Positions 39,238 through 49,088 are shown, counted from the stretch's first letter. The stretch: 64,000 nucleotides of DNA from an uncultured Gammaproteobacteria bacterium (GCA_964404855.1 CAYOLO010000001.1:30245-94244); one strand, 5' to 3'. Numbers and translations are program-made. Notes: a model not told the origin generated them from the sequence alone.

Positions 39238-40320
39238 TTAGCTATTCGTTTCGTTGAAGTCAGACTCGACCACAGTGGAACCTTGATATATTTTGGGTTT
39301 TGACTCCCAGTCGGAAGCTACTTGGGCCTGCTGATTAGCGGGGGTATGATCACGAACTGGAGCAACTCTTTGTGGTTGAGCTGGTTGTTGTTGGTTTGGT
39401 CGGTTATCGTAATTTGGTCCAGCAGGTTGGCGGTTACGATCTCGATTACGGTTACGATCTCGGTCTCTATTCCTTGCTTGTCTGTCTCTATCAAAATTTT
39501 GCTGTGGTTGGGATATGTTGGATTGATGTTGAGTTTGTGGTTGAGCTGGTTGTGGGTGTGAATTTTCAGATGGGCGATGGTCCACGCTTTTGGTGGAAAG
39601 TGCAGTTTTATTGGCCCCATTTGTGACAGCCCAAGTCGCAACTTCGAGGGTGTTTGGGGTAAGATTGGCGACTGAAAAATTATTAGTTGCCGAATATAGT
39701 CCTTGGAAAATATTAAACGCAAGATCTTCCCATACTGGAAGTTTGGTTGTCTCAATAATCCTTGCGACAATTTCTGAAATAGATTTTGCCTCTTGGTCAA
39801 TTATTGTTTTGTCTGTTCCAGCAGCATGACTTTGATTGTTAGAAATAACCAAAACAGGACTTTGGCTAGAGCCAAATTCCGGAAATTTTGATAAAGCGGA
39901 CTGCAGATCTTGACCGAGAGCAATAATCAGGTCAAAAGAAGAAGTTTCGTACCCAAATGAAATTTCATTGGAGTCAAATTTGTCAACATTTTCTCTGGGA
40001 AAAAGCATAAATTTAAGATCATCTCCATCAACAAAATGTTTGACTCTTTTTAATTTTGGTACTGCGTTTTTGAGAGTAATAACAAAATTATCCGACGGAA
40101 CGGAATTACTAAGCTGGTCGATATCAAAAAAATTAGAATCCCCGACTCTAGCTGGTGTTGGAGAAAGTAGTGAAACAGATTGATTAACTTTTCTTAACGC
40201 CATCATCAAAGCAAGACCTGCAGCCAAAATATCATTACTGTAGTTAGCTGGAATAAGAATAGCCGTCTTTGTTCCGGGAATAAGAGCTGGTTCGATGGCA
40301 GTAGTATTAATTGTTTTCAT
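39238..40320 (-). CDS. DHH/NrnA-like protein with degenerate catalytic motif and Gln/Pro/Arg-Asp-rich C-terminal tail
   Basis: AILIPANYSNDILAAGLALMMAL resembles the NrnA motif I region, but the DXD is replaced by NYSND. The tail reads DRDRQARNRDRDRNRNRDRNRQ... and QPAQPQ. Confidence 0.3.
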   Translation of the reverse strand: MKTINTTAIEPALIPGTKTAILIPANYSNDILAAGLALMMALRKVNQSVSLLSPTPARVGDSNFFDIDQLSNSVPSDNFVITLKNAVPKLKRVKHFVDGDDLKFMLFPRENVDKFDSNEISFGYETSSFDLIIALGQDLQSALSKFPEFGSSQSPVLVISNNQSHAAGTDKTIIDQEAKSISEIVARIIETTKLPVWEDLAFNIFQGLYSATNNFSVANLTPNTLEVATWAVTNGANKTALSTKSVDHRPSENSHPQPAQPQTQHQSNISQPQQNFDRDRQARNRDRDRNRNRDRNRQPAGPNYDNRPNQQQPAQPQRVAPVRDHTPANQQAQVASDWESKPKIYQGSTVVESDFNETNS

Positions 40321-40376
40321 TAGTATTTTTGGTAAGGCAGGGAAATGTTTATAAGTAACACTAAAGGCTTAGGGTG

Positions 40377-41834
40377 TTACTCCGAGATGAATTCTAGCTT
40401 ATCGCCAATTTTGAAGTCAAGCGGAGGTGAAAGCAACACTCCACACTCTTGGCCTGCTCGTACATCGTTAACTTCTTTGGACCTTTGTTTGAGTGAAGTA
40501 ATCTTTGCTTCGGTTAATACTTGTCCGTTACGAGACAAAAATACGTTCATGCCGTTTTTGAGAGAACCCTTTGTAACTTTTACGCCTGCGATGTGAACGC
40601 CTTCTATAGTAAATTCTGCGGTTATTTCTGCAACAGCTTTTATTTTTTCTTCCTCTTTTTCAGCTTCGATTGCTGCAACAACATCGTCGATATCGTCAAG
40701 AAGTTCGTAAATAATCTTGTAAGGTTTAATAATGACACCTTCTCTAGACGCAGATTTTTCTACATCAGTTGGAACTTTGACATTAAAGGCTAAGATTGGA
40801 GCAATGGCCGATTTGCTTAAAGTAACATCATTACTTGTCACATCGCCTGTTGAAGAAAACAGTACTTGAACCTTGTTGGGAATATTTTTGATAATTGCTT
40901 CAAGTGAGCCAGAAACATCAGCTTTAACAATAATTAAAAAACTGTCTTTTTTGGCTTGACCAGCGGCAATTAGATCTCCGGCCAAAACAGCGATAGGTTG
41001 GTTATCTTCTGCACCTTCTTCTTGGCTTCCAACAGCAACATCAGTAACCAAAGTACCTGTGTCAGGCACAAAACTAAGACCTGTTATTTCTACAGGAGTT
41101 GATGGGCCAGCCTCTTTAAGCACGGCGCCTTTGTCGGAAGTAATTGAGCGAATTTTGCTGGTCTTATCCCCTACAAAAATATCTTGTCCGGTTTTGAGTA
41201 TTCCTGATTTGACGATTGCATGCGTAACAGCTCCTTTGTTTTTGGTCATTTCTGATTCGATAACTACGGCAGAAAATGGTTCGTCAGAGGTATCTTTGAG
41301 ATCGACCATATCGGAGACTAAAATTATCATATCCAACAAATCGTTGATACCTAATCCTGTGGTAGCAGAAACCTGAACAACCGGAACATCTCCGCCATTT
41401 TTATCAAGCTCAACCCCTGCTTTGGTTAGTTCGCCGAGAACTTTTTCGACATTAAGATTAGGAAGATCGATTTTGTTAAGAACGACGATCATTTTGGCGC
41501 CTGAATTATTAATATGTTTGATGGCTTCTATAGTCTGAGGCTTGACCCCATCGTTGGCGGCAACAACCAAAAGAGCAATATCAGAAGCTTGAGCTCCACG
41601 GGAACGCATAGCTTCAAAAGCCGCATGACCTGGAGTATCAATAAAAGTAATTAATCTGCCATTAAAATCAATTTGATAAGCACCAATCGCCTGAGTAATA
41701 CCCCCCGACTCGCGGGCTGCAACATTAGCGGAACGAATTTTGTCTAAAAGTGAAGTTTTGCCGTGATCAACATGCCCCAAAACCGAGACGACCGGCGGAC
41801 GATTTTTGGTTGTAGTTACTGTGTCTTTTGGCAT
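40377..41834 (-). CDS. infB: translation initiation factor IF-2 (short form: G domain plus C-terminal domains)
   Basis: VVSVLGHVDHGKTSLLDKIR and DTPGH motifs. 485 aa. Confidence 0.9.
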   Translation of the reverse strand: MPKDTVTTTKNRPPVVSVLGHVDHGKTSLLDKIRSANVAARESGGITQAIGAYQIDFNGRLITFIDTPGHAAFEAMRSRGAQASDIALLVVAANDGVKPQTIEAIKHINNSGAKMIVVLNKIDLPNLNVEKVLGELTKAGVELDKNGGDVPVVQVSATTGLGINDLLDMIILVSDMVDLKDTSDEPFSAVVIESEMTKNKGAVTHAIVKSGILKTGQDIFVGDKTSKIRSITSDKGAVLKEAGPSTPVEITGLSFVPDTGTLVTDVAVGSQEEGAEDNQPIAVLAGDLIAAGQAKKDSFLIIVKADVSGSLEAIIKNIPNKVQVLFSSTGDVTSNDVTLSKSAIAPILAFNVKVPTDVEKSASREGVIIKPYKIIYELLDDIDDVVAAIEAEKEEEKIKAVAEITAEFTIEGVHIAGVKVTKGSLKNGMNVFLSRNGQVLTEAKITSLKQRSKEVNDVRAGQECGVLLSPPLDFKIGDKLEFISE

Positions 41835-41878
41835 TATTTGTTTTTTTTAGATTTCTCACTTTTGTCACTTGAGCTAAA

Positions 41879-43165
41879 TTAAGCTTTGGCTTCTTCAGGC
41901 TCTGGTTCAGAAGCAACCTCGGCGGTGGCATCTTCAACTGTTTCATCAGTAGCTGCTACTTCTTCAGTTGTTTCGGCTTCTGCAACTTCCTCGGTAGGAG
42001 CAACTTCTACAGGAGCAGCGTCGACTGCGACTTCAGTTGTGTTGACAGGCTCCTCAACTTTTACCTCTTCGGATACAGCTTCGACTGGTTCTGCTGTTTC
42101 CTCGATCTTTCCTTCTTCAACACTTTCTTTTGCTTCAACAACTTCTTCTTTTTTGACCTCTTGGACGATTGGATCGTCTTTGAGTGAAGGAATTCTGGAT
42201 TCAGAAGTCGTACCTGATCCTTGAATATCGATTTTGTATCCGGTTAACTTGGCAGCAAGGCGAACATTTTGTCCGTCTTTACCGATTGCTAACGATAACT
42301 GATCTTCAGGTACTGTAACGACAGCGGTTTTTTCTTCCTCGTTAATAGTGACAACTATTTCTTTGGCTGGAGACAAGCTTTGAGCAATAAAGGTTTTAAT
42401 GTCATCAGAATATTGAATAATATCGATTCTTTCAGATCCAAGCTCATTAATTACAGCCTGAATACGCACGCCTTTTTGTCCAACACAGCTACCAACTGGA
42501 TCGACACCCATTTGGTTACTCGAAACTGCAATTTTAGAGCGCTGTCCAGCTTCGCGAGCGATAGCTTTGATTTCGACAGCTCCACCAGAAAGCTCTGGAA
42601 CTTCGGCCTTAATTAGACCTTCAAGAAGACCTTTATCAGCACGGGAGACAATTATTTCTTCACCATGAGTACCTTCTTTGATACCAACAATATAAAATTT
42701 AAGTCTTTGTCCTAGAGAATAGTTTTCGTTCTGCATCTGCTCTTGAGGAGGCATAATTGCTTCGGCTTTGCCAAGGTTAACAGTAACGATTGGTCCAGAA
42801 ATACGCTGAACTTGTCCGCCCATAATTGTGCCTGTTTTGGTACGGAATTCGTCCAAAATTGAATTTTTCTCTGATTCTCTGATTCTTTGCAAAATTACTT
42901 GTTTGGCTGTTTGAGCAGCAATACGCCCAAAACCAGCTGGCGTGACATTTTTGCCGTCTTTTTTGATTTGAACTTCACCCGTAACAGGATCAAGATCAAC
43001 TTCAACTTCGTTTTCTTCTGGGTCAAAGTCTTTGTGATAGGCTGCGGCAATTGCAATTTTTATAGTTTCAATAACATCAGAAACGTCAATTCCACGCTCG
43101 GAAGCGACCTGATTTAAGGCTGCAGCAAATTCTGTTCGGGCAACAAAAGGGTTGTTATTATCCAT
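41879..43165 (-). CDS. nusA: transcription termination/antitermination factor NusA with acidic Ala/Glu/Val-rich C-terminal extension
   Basis: N-terminal domain, S1 and KH homology (GPIVTVNLGKAEAIMP..., GSRIDIIQYS...). Confidence 0.85.
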   Translation of the reverse strand: MDNNNPFVARTEFAAALNQVASERGIDVSDVIETIKIAIAAAYHKDFDPEENEVEVDLDPVTGEVQIKKDGKNVTPAGFGRIAAQTAKQVILQRIRESEKNSILDEFRTKTGTIMGGQVQRISGPIVTVNLGKAEAIMPPQEQMQNENYSLGQRLKFYIVGIKEGTHGEEIIVSRADKGLLEGLIKAEVPELSGGAVEIKAIAREAGQRSKIAVSSNQMGVDPVGSCVGQKGVRIQAVINELGSERIDIIQYSDDIKTFIAQSLSPAKEIVVTINEEEKTAVVTVPEDQLSLAIGKDGQNVRLAAKLTGYKIDIQGSGTTSESRIPSLKDDPIVQEVKKEEVVEAKESVEEGKIEETAEPVEAVSEEVKVEEPVNTTEVAVDAAPVEVAPTEEVAEAETTEEVAATDETVEDATAEVASEPEPEEAKA

Positions 43166-43367
43166 ATTTTTTATTTTTTAAGGTTAGTTCAGAAACAAAA
43201 AAGGCAGACCACTTATTAACCACGTGTCTACCCCACATTCCTGTTTAACCTTATCAAGGGTGTATTCTAGTCACTCAAGGCCTCGAAGTCAAATCACAAC
43301 AGGCGTGATATATAATTTGCCAGAATAGCAGATAATTATGAGTTATACTCTTAAAAATTAAAATCTA

Positions 43368-44252
43368 ATGAAAAAAACAGATAAACAAATACCTGTCCTA
43401 CTTTATTATAAGTATGTCAATATCTCTGACCCTCACAAAGAAGTGGTAATTCAGAGAGAATTTTGTGAAGTCAATAATATTACTGGCAGAATACTAATTG
43501 GGTTCGAGGGCATAAACGGTACAATTGCAGGTAATAAAAAAAATACCGATAAATACGAAACTTGGATGCAAGAAAGAGGTGAGTTTAAGGATATTGAGTT
43601 TAAGGTAAGTTTAGGGTCTGAAGATACTTTTTCTAAGTTAAAAATTAAATTCCGCCCTGAAATTGTGACTTTGGGGGTTGAGGGACTAGATCCAACTGTA
43701 AGCGGCAAACGAATGTCGGCTGATGAGCTACATAATATTCTTGGTGAACAAAAAGATGATGTGGTTCTGGTTGATATGCGTAACGACTACGAATCGGCTA
43801 TCGGCAAGTTCGAGGGAGCAACTCTTGCTCCAATACACAGATTTCGCGAATTGCCTAATGTAATTGGTGAACTCAGTAAATACAAAAATAAAAAAGTCAT
43901 TACCTACTGTACGGGAGGAATCAGGTGTGAAAAAGCTTCGGCATTATTGTTAAAGGAAGGCTTTACAGATGTTTATCAGCTAGATGGGGGAATATTTAAA
44001 TATGCCGAAAAATATCCTGATGGATATTTTGAAGGTAAATGTTTTGTGTTTGATAAAAGAATGTCGGTAAGTTTTAATCAAAAAAAGGACGCCAAAATTC
44101 TTACAAATTGCAAATTGTGTAATAAAAAGAGCGATAATTACATTGATTGTGCCAACAAAACCTGCCACGATTTATTTATCTGTTGCACGGACTGTGCAAG
44201 TAAATATAATGATTATTGTAGTGAAGAGTGCAGAATAAAATGCCAAAATTAG
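43368..44252 (+). CDS. trhO: rhodanese-domain tRNA U34 hydroxylase TrhO (YceA/UPF0176 family)
   Basis: N-terminal ILIGFEGINGTIAG block. Rhodanese active-site loop CTGGIRCEKA. Cys-rich C-terminal tail. Confidence 0.7.
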   Translation: MKKTDKQIPVLLYYKYVNISDPHKEVVIQREFCEVNNITGRILIGFEGINGTIAGNKKNTDKYETWMQERGEFKDIEFKVSLGSEDTFSKLKIKFRPEIVTLGVEGLDPTVSGKRMSADELHNILGEQKDDVVLVDMRNDYESAIGKFEGATLAPIHRFRELPNVIGELSKYKNKKVITYCTGGIRCEKASALLLKEGFTDVYQLDGGIFKYAEKYPDGYFEGKCFVFDKRMSVSFNQKKDAKILTNCKLCNKKSDNYIDCANKTCHDLFICCTDCASKYNDYCSEECRIKCQN

Positions 44253-45538
44253 CTAAAAAATCTCAAGACATAAACATTTCAAAAGGATTAAATTACTTAT
44301 TTGCAGTCTTTGTTGTTCTATTAGCGACAATGCTTGTTTTTCAAACGACGACTTGCCAAGGCTTAGTTGCGGTTGGTATGACTGGAAAATCGCCAATTAT
44401 TGAAATTAATAAAGTTGCTCGAGGATATACCCTGATTACTCCAATAAGCCAAAGATCAGACACTGGCGGAAAAAATATGGTTTATCTGGCTGACTTGTAC
44501 GGCCAACCAGTACATAACTGGACTACAGAATTCGCTGCATTCTATAGCGTATTAGATAATCAAGCTAATCTAGTTACAGCAATAGTCAGTCCGTTCGATC
44601 CCAAAAACTACCCCACTGGAGCAAGGACCGGATTAATCCAAAAACTTAACTGGAATGGTGAAAAAATTTGGGAATACAAAAACGATTTTACCCATCACGA
44701 CTTTGCGGTTTTGCCAAATGGAAATGTGGCGGTAACTGTCTGGGAGATAATCCCCAAAAATATTTCTGACAAAATAAAGGGGGGCATACCTAACTCGGAA
44801 TTTAAAGGAGAAATTTGGGGTGACAAAATAGTTGAAGTAGATAAGGATGGCAAAGAAGTATGGAGCTGGAGTGCGCATGAAAATATGGATACAAATATTG
44901 ATGTATTTCAACCTTCAACTGCTAGATCTACCTGGACATTACTTAACGGAGTTACCTATCTTCCTAAGGATCCGATTGAAGGCAAAGAAGCATATTTAAT
45001 ATCACTAAGAGGAGTTAATACTGTTGCAATAGTCAGAAAAGAGGATGGCAAGATAATTTGGAGAAGCCCAAAGGGGGCTTTTAGCGGACAACATGATGCG
45101 ACATTACTGCCAAATGGAAATATTCTGGCTTTCAATAATAATATCGATGCAGCTTTTTCTAATCCCCCAACAGGATCAAATATTACAGAAATCAATCCCA
45201 AAACTAACGAAATTGTTTGGCAGTTGGATAATGGAGCAAAGGGAATTGAGAATAAAAGATTCTATTCTTATCTAGTTGGTGGTGCCCAAAGACTAGTTAA
45301 TGGAAATACTTTTGTTGCAGACGGTTTGCAGGGTCATATGTTTGAGGTCACAGCGGACAAAAAACTAGTCTGGGACTTAGTTAATCCATTCACAACACCT
45401 GAAACAGGAATATTCCCAAATAATGCAATGTTTAAGGCAAAAAAATATACTAACGAGCAAATTAACTGGCCCACTAAACTGAAGAGTGATATGCCAAAAA
45501 GTGCCGAGGTATGTAGAACTCTGAATGGATTTATTTAG
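44228..45538 (+). CDS. arylsulfotransferase (ASST)-like beta-propeller protein, paralog A
   Basis: HHDFAVLPNGN, GQHDATLLPNGNIL and LVNGNTFV repeats typical of the ASST family. N-terminal TM/signal. Confidence 0.6.
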   Translation: MQNKMPKLAKKSQDINISKGLNYLFAVFVVLLATMLVFQTTTCQGLVAVGMTGKSPIIEINKVARGYTLITPISQRSDTGGKNMVYLADLYGQPVHNWTTEFAAFYSVLDNQANLVTAIVSPFDPKNYPTGARTGLIQKLNWNGEKIWEYKNDFTHHDFAVLPNGNVAVTVWEIIPKNISDKIKGGIPNSEFKGEIWGDKIVEVDKDGKEVWSWSAHENMDTNIDVFQPSTARSTWTLLNGVTYLPKDPIEGKEAYLISLRGVNTVAIVRKEDGKIIWRSPKGAFSGQHDATLLPNGNILAFNNNIDAAFSNPPTGSNITEINPKTNEIVWQLDNGAKGIENKRFYSYLVGGAQRLVNGNTFVADGLQGHMFEVTADKKLVWDLVNPFTTPETGIFPNNAMFKAKKYTNEQINWPTKLKSDMPKSAEVCRTLNGFI

Positions 45539-45562
45539 TGCTTAACTTGCCATAATTAACCA

Positions 45563-46813
45563 ATGCTCAAACAATTCAATAATAAAAAAAATAGTCTAGT
45601 ATTGGTGACTTTATTGATACTAGTTACGGCGGTCGGTTTTGAAAAAACTGTTTGTAGTAGTTTTGACGCTGTAAATAGCTATGGAAATTCGCCTATTGTA
45701 GGCAGACATAAAGTATCCGACGGATATGTTCTTATTAGTCCTTTCAGTCAAAAATCTGAGAAGGGTGTAAAAAATAAAATTTATCTTACGGACAATTATG
45801 GAAGAGAAGTAAAATCTTGGGAAGTTGAATCGGGAGTTTTTTATAGCGTACTTAAACCAAACGGCAATCTTGTAGTATCTCAACAAAAGGAATTAGCTGG
45901 TGGAAAGACTGGAATTATTCAGGAGTTAGATTGGAATAATAATATTGTTTGGGAATACAAAAATGATGAAATGCATCATGATTTCAAAGTATTACCCAAT
46001 GACAATATTGCCCTAACACTCTGGAAAGAAATGCCAACAGAATTGTCGTTAAAAATTAAAGGAGGGGTAGCTGGAACGGAACCAAAAACCGGCATTACGG
46101 GAGACAGACTAATCGAGGTCGATAAAAATGGAGAAGAAGTTTGGAGTTGGAATGCTTACGAACATCTAGACCCAGTACTTGATCCTTTCCCAGATTATTC
46201 AGCTCGAGCTGCTTGGACGATGATTAATGGATTTAGTTATTTACCTAAAGATCCGATCGAAGGAAAAGAGGCGTATTTATTAAGTCTAAGAGTAATAAAT
46301 AAACTAATTATTGTTCGCAAAGAAGATGGAAAAATTATTTGGAAAAGTCCAGAGGGTATGGTTAGCGGACAACACGATCCGACACTGCTACCTAATGGAA
46401 ATATTTTAATTTTTAATAATAATATTGGCGAAATTTACAACACTCCCCCAACTGGATCAAATGTTTTAGAAATAAATCCTAAAACAAATGAAGTTGTTTG
46501 GAGGTTAGAAAATGGACATAAGGGCTTAGAAAATAATCGGTTTTTTTCCTATTTGGTTGGTGGGTCCCAAAGACTAACTAACGGCAATACTTTTGTAAGT
46601 GATGGACAGCATGGCCATTTGTTTGAAGTAACTCCCGACAAAGAATTAGTTTGGGATTTGGTTAATCCTTTTTTAACATCAAAAACAGGAATATGGCCAA
46701 ATAATGCGATGTTTAAGGCAAAAAAATATAGCGAAGAGGAAGTAAAATGGCCAGAAAAATTAAGCAGTAGTAAGCCTTTGAGTGGGGAAGTTTGTGAGAT
46801 GTTAGGGAAATAG
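45563..46813 (+). CDS. arylsulfotransferase (ASST)-like protein, paralog B
   Basis: Collinear with paralog A over its whole length (about 55-60% identity by eye). Confidence 0.6.
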   Translation: MLKQFNNKKNSLVLVTLLILVTAVGFEKTVCSSFDAVNSYGNSPIVGRHKVSDGYVLISPFSQKSEKGVKNKIYLTDNYGREVKSWEVESGVFYSVLKPNGNLVVSQQKELAGGKTGIIQELDWNNNIVWEYKNDEMHHDFKVLPNDNIALTLWKEMPTELSLKIKGGVAGTEPKTGITGDRLIEVDKNGEEVWSWNAYEHLDPVLDPFPDYSARAAWTMINGFSYLPKDPIEGKEAYLLSLRVINKLIIVRKEDGKIIWKSPEGMVSGQHDPTLLPNGNILIFNNNIGEIYNTPPTGSNVLEINPKTNEVVWRLENGHKGLENNRFFSYLVGGSQRLTNGNTFVSDGQHGHLFEVTPDKELVWDLVNPFLTSKTGIWPNNAMFKAKKYSEEEVKWPEKLSSSKPLSGEVCEMLGK

Positions 46814-46861
46814 TATTATTTTTTTGTTTTTAGATAGGATTAATTTTAAATTTCTTTTTTT

Positions 46862-47275
46862 TCAATCTGCTTTCTTGGACGCAATTTTGGATGTTTGCTT
46901 TTTGCTAAAAGCGAACTCTGCGCAACCAAAGTTGCTTCGACCCGAGAGATTTCTTTCTTTCACTTTTTGCTCGCTCTTTTGCTAAAACAAAATCTGTGCC
47001 CACTCAAAAAAAGAGATCCAAGAAAACATATTGAGGAATTAGGGAACAAAAAAACAAAAGGCGTTCACGGTGAAATATTGGACTTGTTAGTTTGCTTAAC
47101 AGCAAACAATTAAAACTGGAGTGGGGAGAGAAAAGCGTGGAGTTTATAGGTTCTCGCTCAAACTCGCAAAATATTTCGAGTCCCCCGAAATTTTATTGAG
47201 TGCTCGCTTTCTGGCGAAAACTACGCCTCGATTTTTGATTCTCAAAAAATCAGTTTGAGCTACAAGCCTGCGTTA
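46862..47275. repeat. modular intergenic repeat, copy R1 (modules A-B-C-D)
   Basis: Shares TTTCTTTCACTTTTTGCTCGCTCTTTTGCTAAA...AAGAGATCCA...ACAAAAGGCGTTCACGGTGAAATATTGGACTTGTTAGTTTGCTTAACAGCAAAC and GGTTCTCGCTCAAA...GTTTGAGCTACAAGCCTGCGTT with copies at 51.9, 52.9, 55.8 and 58.6 kb. Confidence 0.75.
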
Positions 47276-47333
47276 AGAATGAATTAAAGATTCATTCTCT
47301 CGTTGAGACAGGAGACCTGAAACATAAAAAAGC

Positions 47334-47560
47334 CCCCTGAGAGTGGAGGTGTGGTACTCTCAGAGGGCGAAGAAAATGGTGGCTGGAGTGGTACGTTTTA
47401 CGTACTGGATTAGTACGAGGTCGAAATCTTGACTTCACCAGGGTCGTACCGCCAAGCCTGGCGGAGACGACGATTCGCACGGCGCTTGAGGAAGCAACGG
47501 CCTTTTGGTCCGCGGTACTCGAGGGCGGAGCCGAGAGACTTGATCGGGCTGTACTTCAAC
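47334..47560 (-). other. GC-rich (about 60%) structured element ending in a strong minus-strand intrinsic terminator; candidate small RNA or remnant of foreign DNA
   Basis: Hairpin CCCTCTGAGAGT/ACTCTCAGGGGG plus T-run at 47334-47377. Internal long stem GTCGTACCGCCAagccTGGCGGAGACGAC. No convincing ORF. Confidence 0.3.
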
Positions 47561-47728
47561 AGACACTCCAATTTGTTAATTTGTTGACACTATTATATAT
47601 TATTATAGGTCTTTTGTCAAGTACTATGGGCCTTAATATTAGAAGTACTTTTATTCACAGGGCTGTGTTGTAAATAAAATTTTGAGAGTAATTGAGGGCG
47701 AATAAAAGAGGTTAGGTGATTGAGAATT

Positions 47729-48925
47729 TTAATAATTAGCAATGTCTATTTTGGAGATTATTTGTCTGCCAATTTTTTCTCCCAAATCAAAACCCGCGTC
47801 ATTATCGATTTGAAAATGTATACCACTCATTAATCTCGTGTCGCGAGCCTCTTTAGCATCATCGAGCCACATTTGCTCTTTTTCTGGTACCAGTTTACTT
47901 AATACTTCTGCTGCTGCTCGTGAAACGGTTGAATGACCGGATAGATAACTTGGAAAGTTTGGATTATTCTGAGTGATTGATAATTGCTTCATGCGCATTG
48001 ATGGTCTGGCGGTCCAGTAGGTAAACTTGACCTTCCAGCATTCCATGAAAGCATCTGCTATGGTCTGGGTTAGGATTTTTTGATATCTGGCATACTGCAT
48101 GTCGTGTATTTTTTGATCCTTAGTTTCTTCATATAATCTGTTAAGCCAAATTCCCGAGGGAGCTTCGGTACCAGGCCCTCCTGCCCAGAATTCAATTTTT
48201 GGCAACCACTCTTTGTCATCACGACTCTTAACTGCAGCAATTACTATTTCTATCTCTTTTTTATCTTGAGCTGAATTGAGTATTGGCGGAGCAGGTGTTT
48301 CAAAGTTGTAGTTGTTATCCAATACCCATCTAGTCCATTCGCCTGCGGTAGGCGAGTAAGGATTTTTACCTACCCACTTACCCTCTCCACTCGGAATAAT
48401 TTCATCCCAAATTAGATTATTTTTGCCATCGGTTTTTTCGCGATCTTGATATTTTTTAAGAATCTGCTTAGTTTGTGATGAAATTTTTTCACTTGAGTTA
48501 TTTGAAATTTCTTCAAAGTATTTATTCGTTTGGCTAATGTCGTTAGACATTATTTGGTTAATTATTTCTTTTGTCGCCAAACTTGACTGAATATTACTTC
48601 CATTTACAGCTAAAACATCGGCATAAACTGAGGCGACATAAGCATAGAATCTCGCTGACTCTGGTGGTGTGGGTTCGTTTTTTTTGACCAGATTTTGCGC
48701 ATATTCAACCCAAAGTCTTGATCCATTGCGATATTTAAGATTATTCTCCTCGTTCACAAACGCGTCATCATAACTGCGAGTGTAGTCTGGAACGTTTTTA
48801 ATTACTGAATTTTGGGAAATAAAAAAAATATTTGACAAAAAATAAACAATGACGAATACAATCGCCAATATTATTGACAGTTTATATTTTTTCCACTTGT
48901 TTTCAGAAGGCCTTTTTTTGGACAT
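47729..48925 (-). CDS. PAP2-superfamily protein, vanadium-haloperoxidase/acid-phosphatase-like, N-terminal TM anchor
   Basis: KxxxxxxRP-like YWTARPS, then PSYLSGHS, SRAAAEV and GIHFQIDND (PSGH / SRxxxxxHxxxD pattern). Confidence 0.55.
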   Translation of the reverse strand: MSKKRPSENKWKKYKLSIILAIVFVIVYFLSNIFFISQNSVIKNVPDYTRSYDDAFVNEENNLKYRNGSRLWVEYAQNLVKKNEPTPPESARFYAYVASVYADVLAVNGSNIQSSLATKEIINQIMSNDISQTNKYFEEISNNSSEKISSQTKQILKKYQDREKTDGKNNLIWDEIIPSGEGKWVGKNPYSPTAGEWTRWVLDNNYNFETPAPPILNSAQDKKEIEIVIAAVKSRDDKEWLPKIEFWAGGPGTEAPSGIWLNRLYEETKDQKIHDMQYARYQKILTQTIADAFMECWKVKFTYWTARPSMRMKQLSITQNNPNFPSYLSGHSTVSRAAAEVLSKLVPEKEQMWLDDAKEARDTRLMSGIHFQIDNDAGFDLGEKIGRQIISKIDIANY

Positions 48926-49088
48926 TAGTTAAATTATAAACTCTTGCCGTTAATATCACCGATAGAAAAGAGAGACTGTCAACTGTATGTCAACTTAATT
49001 TGTACCGAATTTTTCTTAACTTATCTCAAACTTGTTTTTCACCTCGACAGAAATATTTATATATTTAATAAAATTATTATAATTTTTA

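Noticed and set aside
39318-39829. Several 60-160-aa ORFs on both strands inside the 39238-40320 gene
   Set aside because: Products of the repetitive Gln/Pro/Arg-Asp-encoding DNA (low-complexity mirror frames). No independent signals.
41886-42224. 112-aa Ser/Thr/Ala-rich ORF antisense to the nusA 3' end
   Set aside because: Antisense shadow of the acidic Ala/Glu/Val-rich NusA tail.
46895-47113. ORF (72 aa) and its look-alike 58648-58833 with similar peptide segments (FHFLLALLLKQNLCPLKKRDP / FHFLFALLLMQNPCPLTKRDP)
   Set aside because: Both lie inside copies of the intergenic DNA repeat. Other copies (R3, R4) carry indels that destroy the frame, so the similarity reflects nucleotide-level repeat conservation, not a conserved protein.
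47292-47480. 62-aa minus-strand ORF in the GC-rich 47.3-47.56 kb element; one alternative frame shows a weak KRRANRRL resemblance to ribosomal protein bL35
   Set aside because: Too short and inconsistent across frames. It overlaps the terminator hairpin. Treated as part of a possible RNA or foreign remnant instead.
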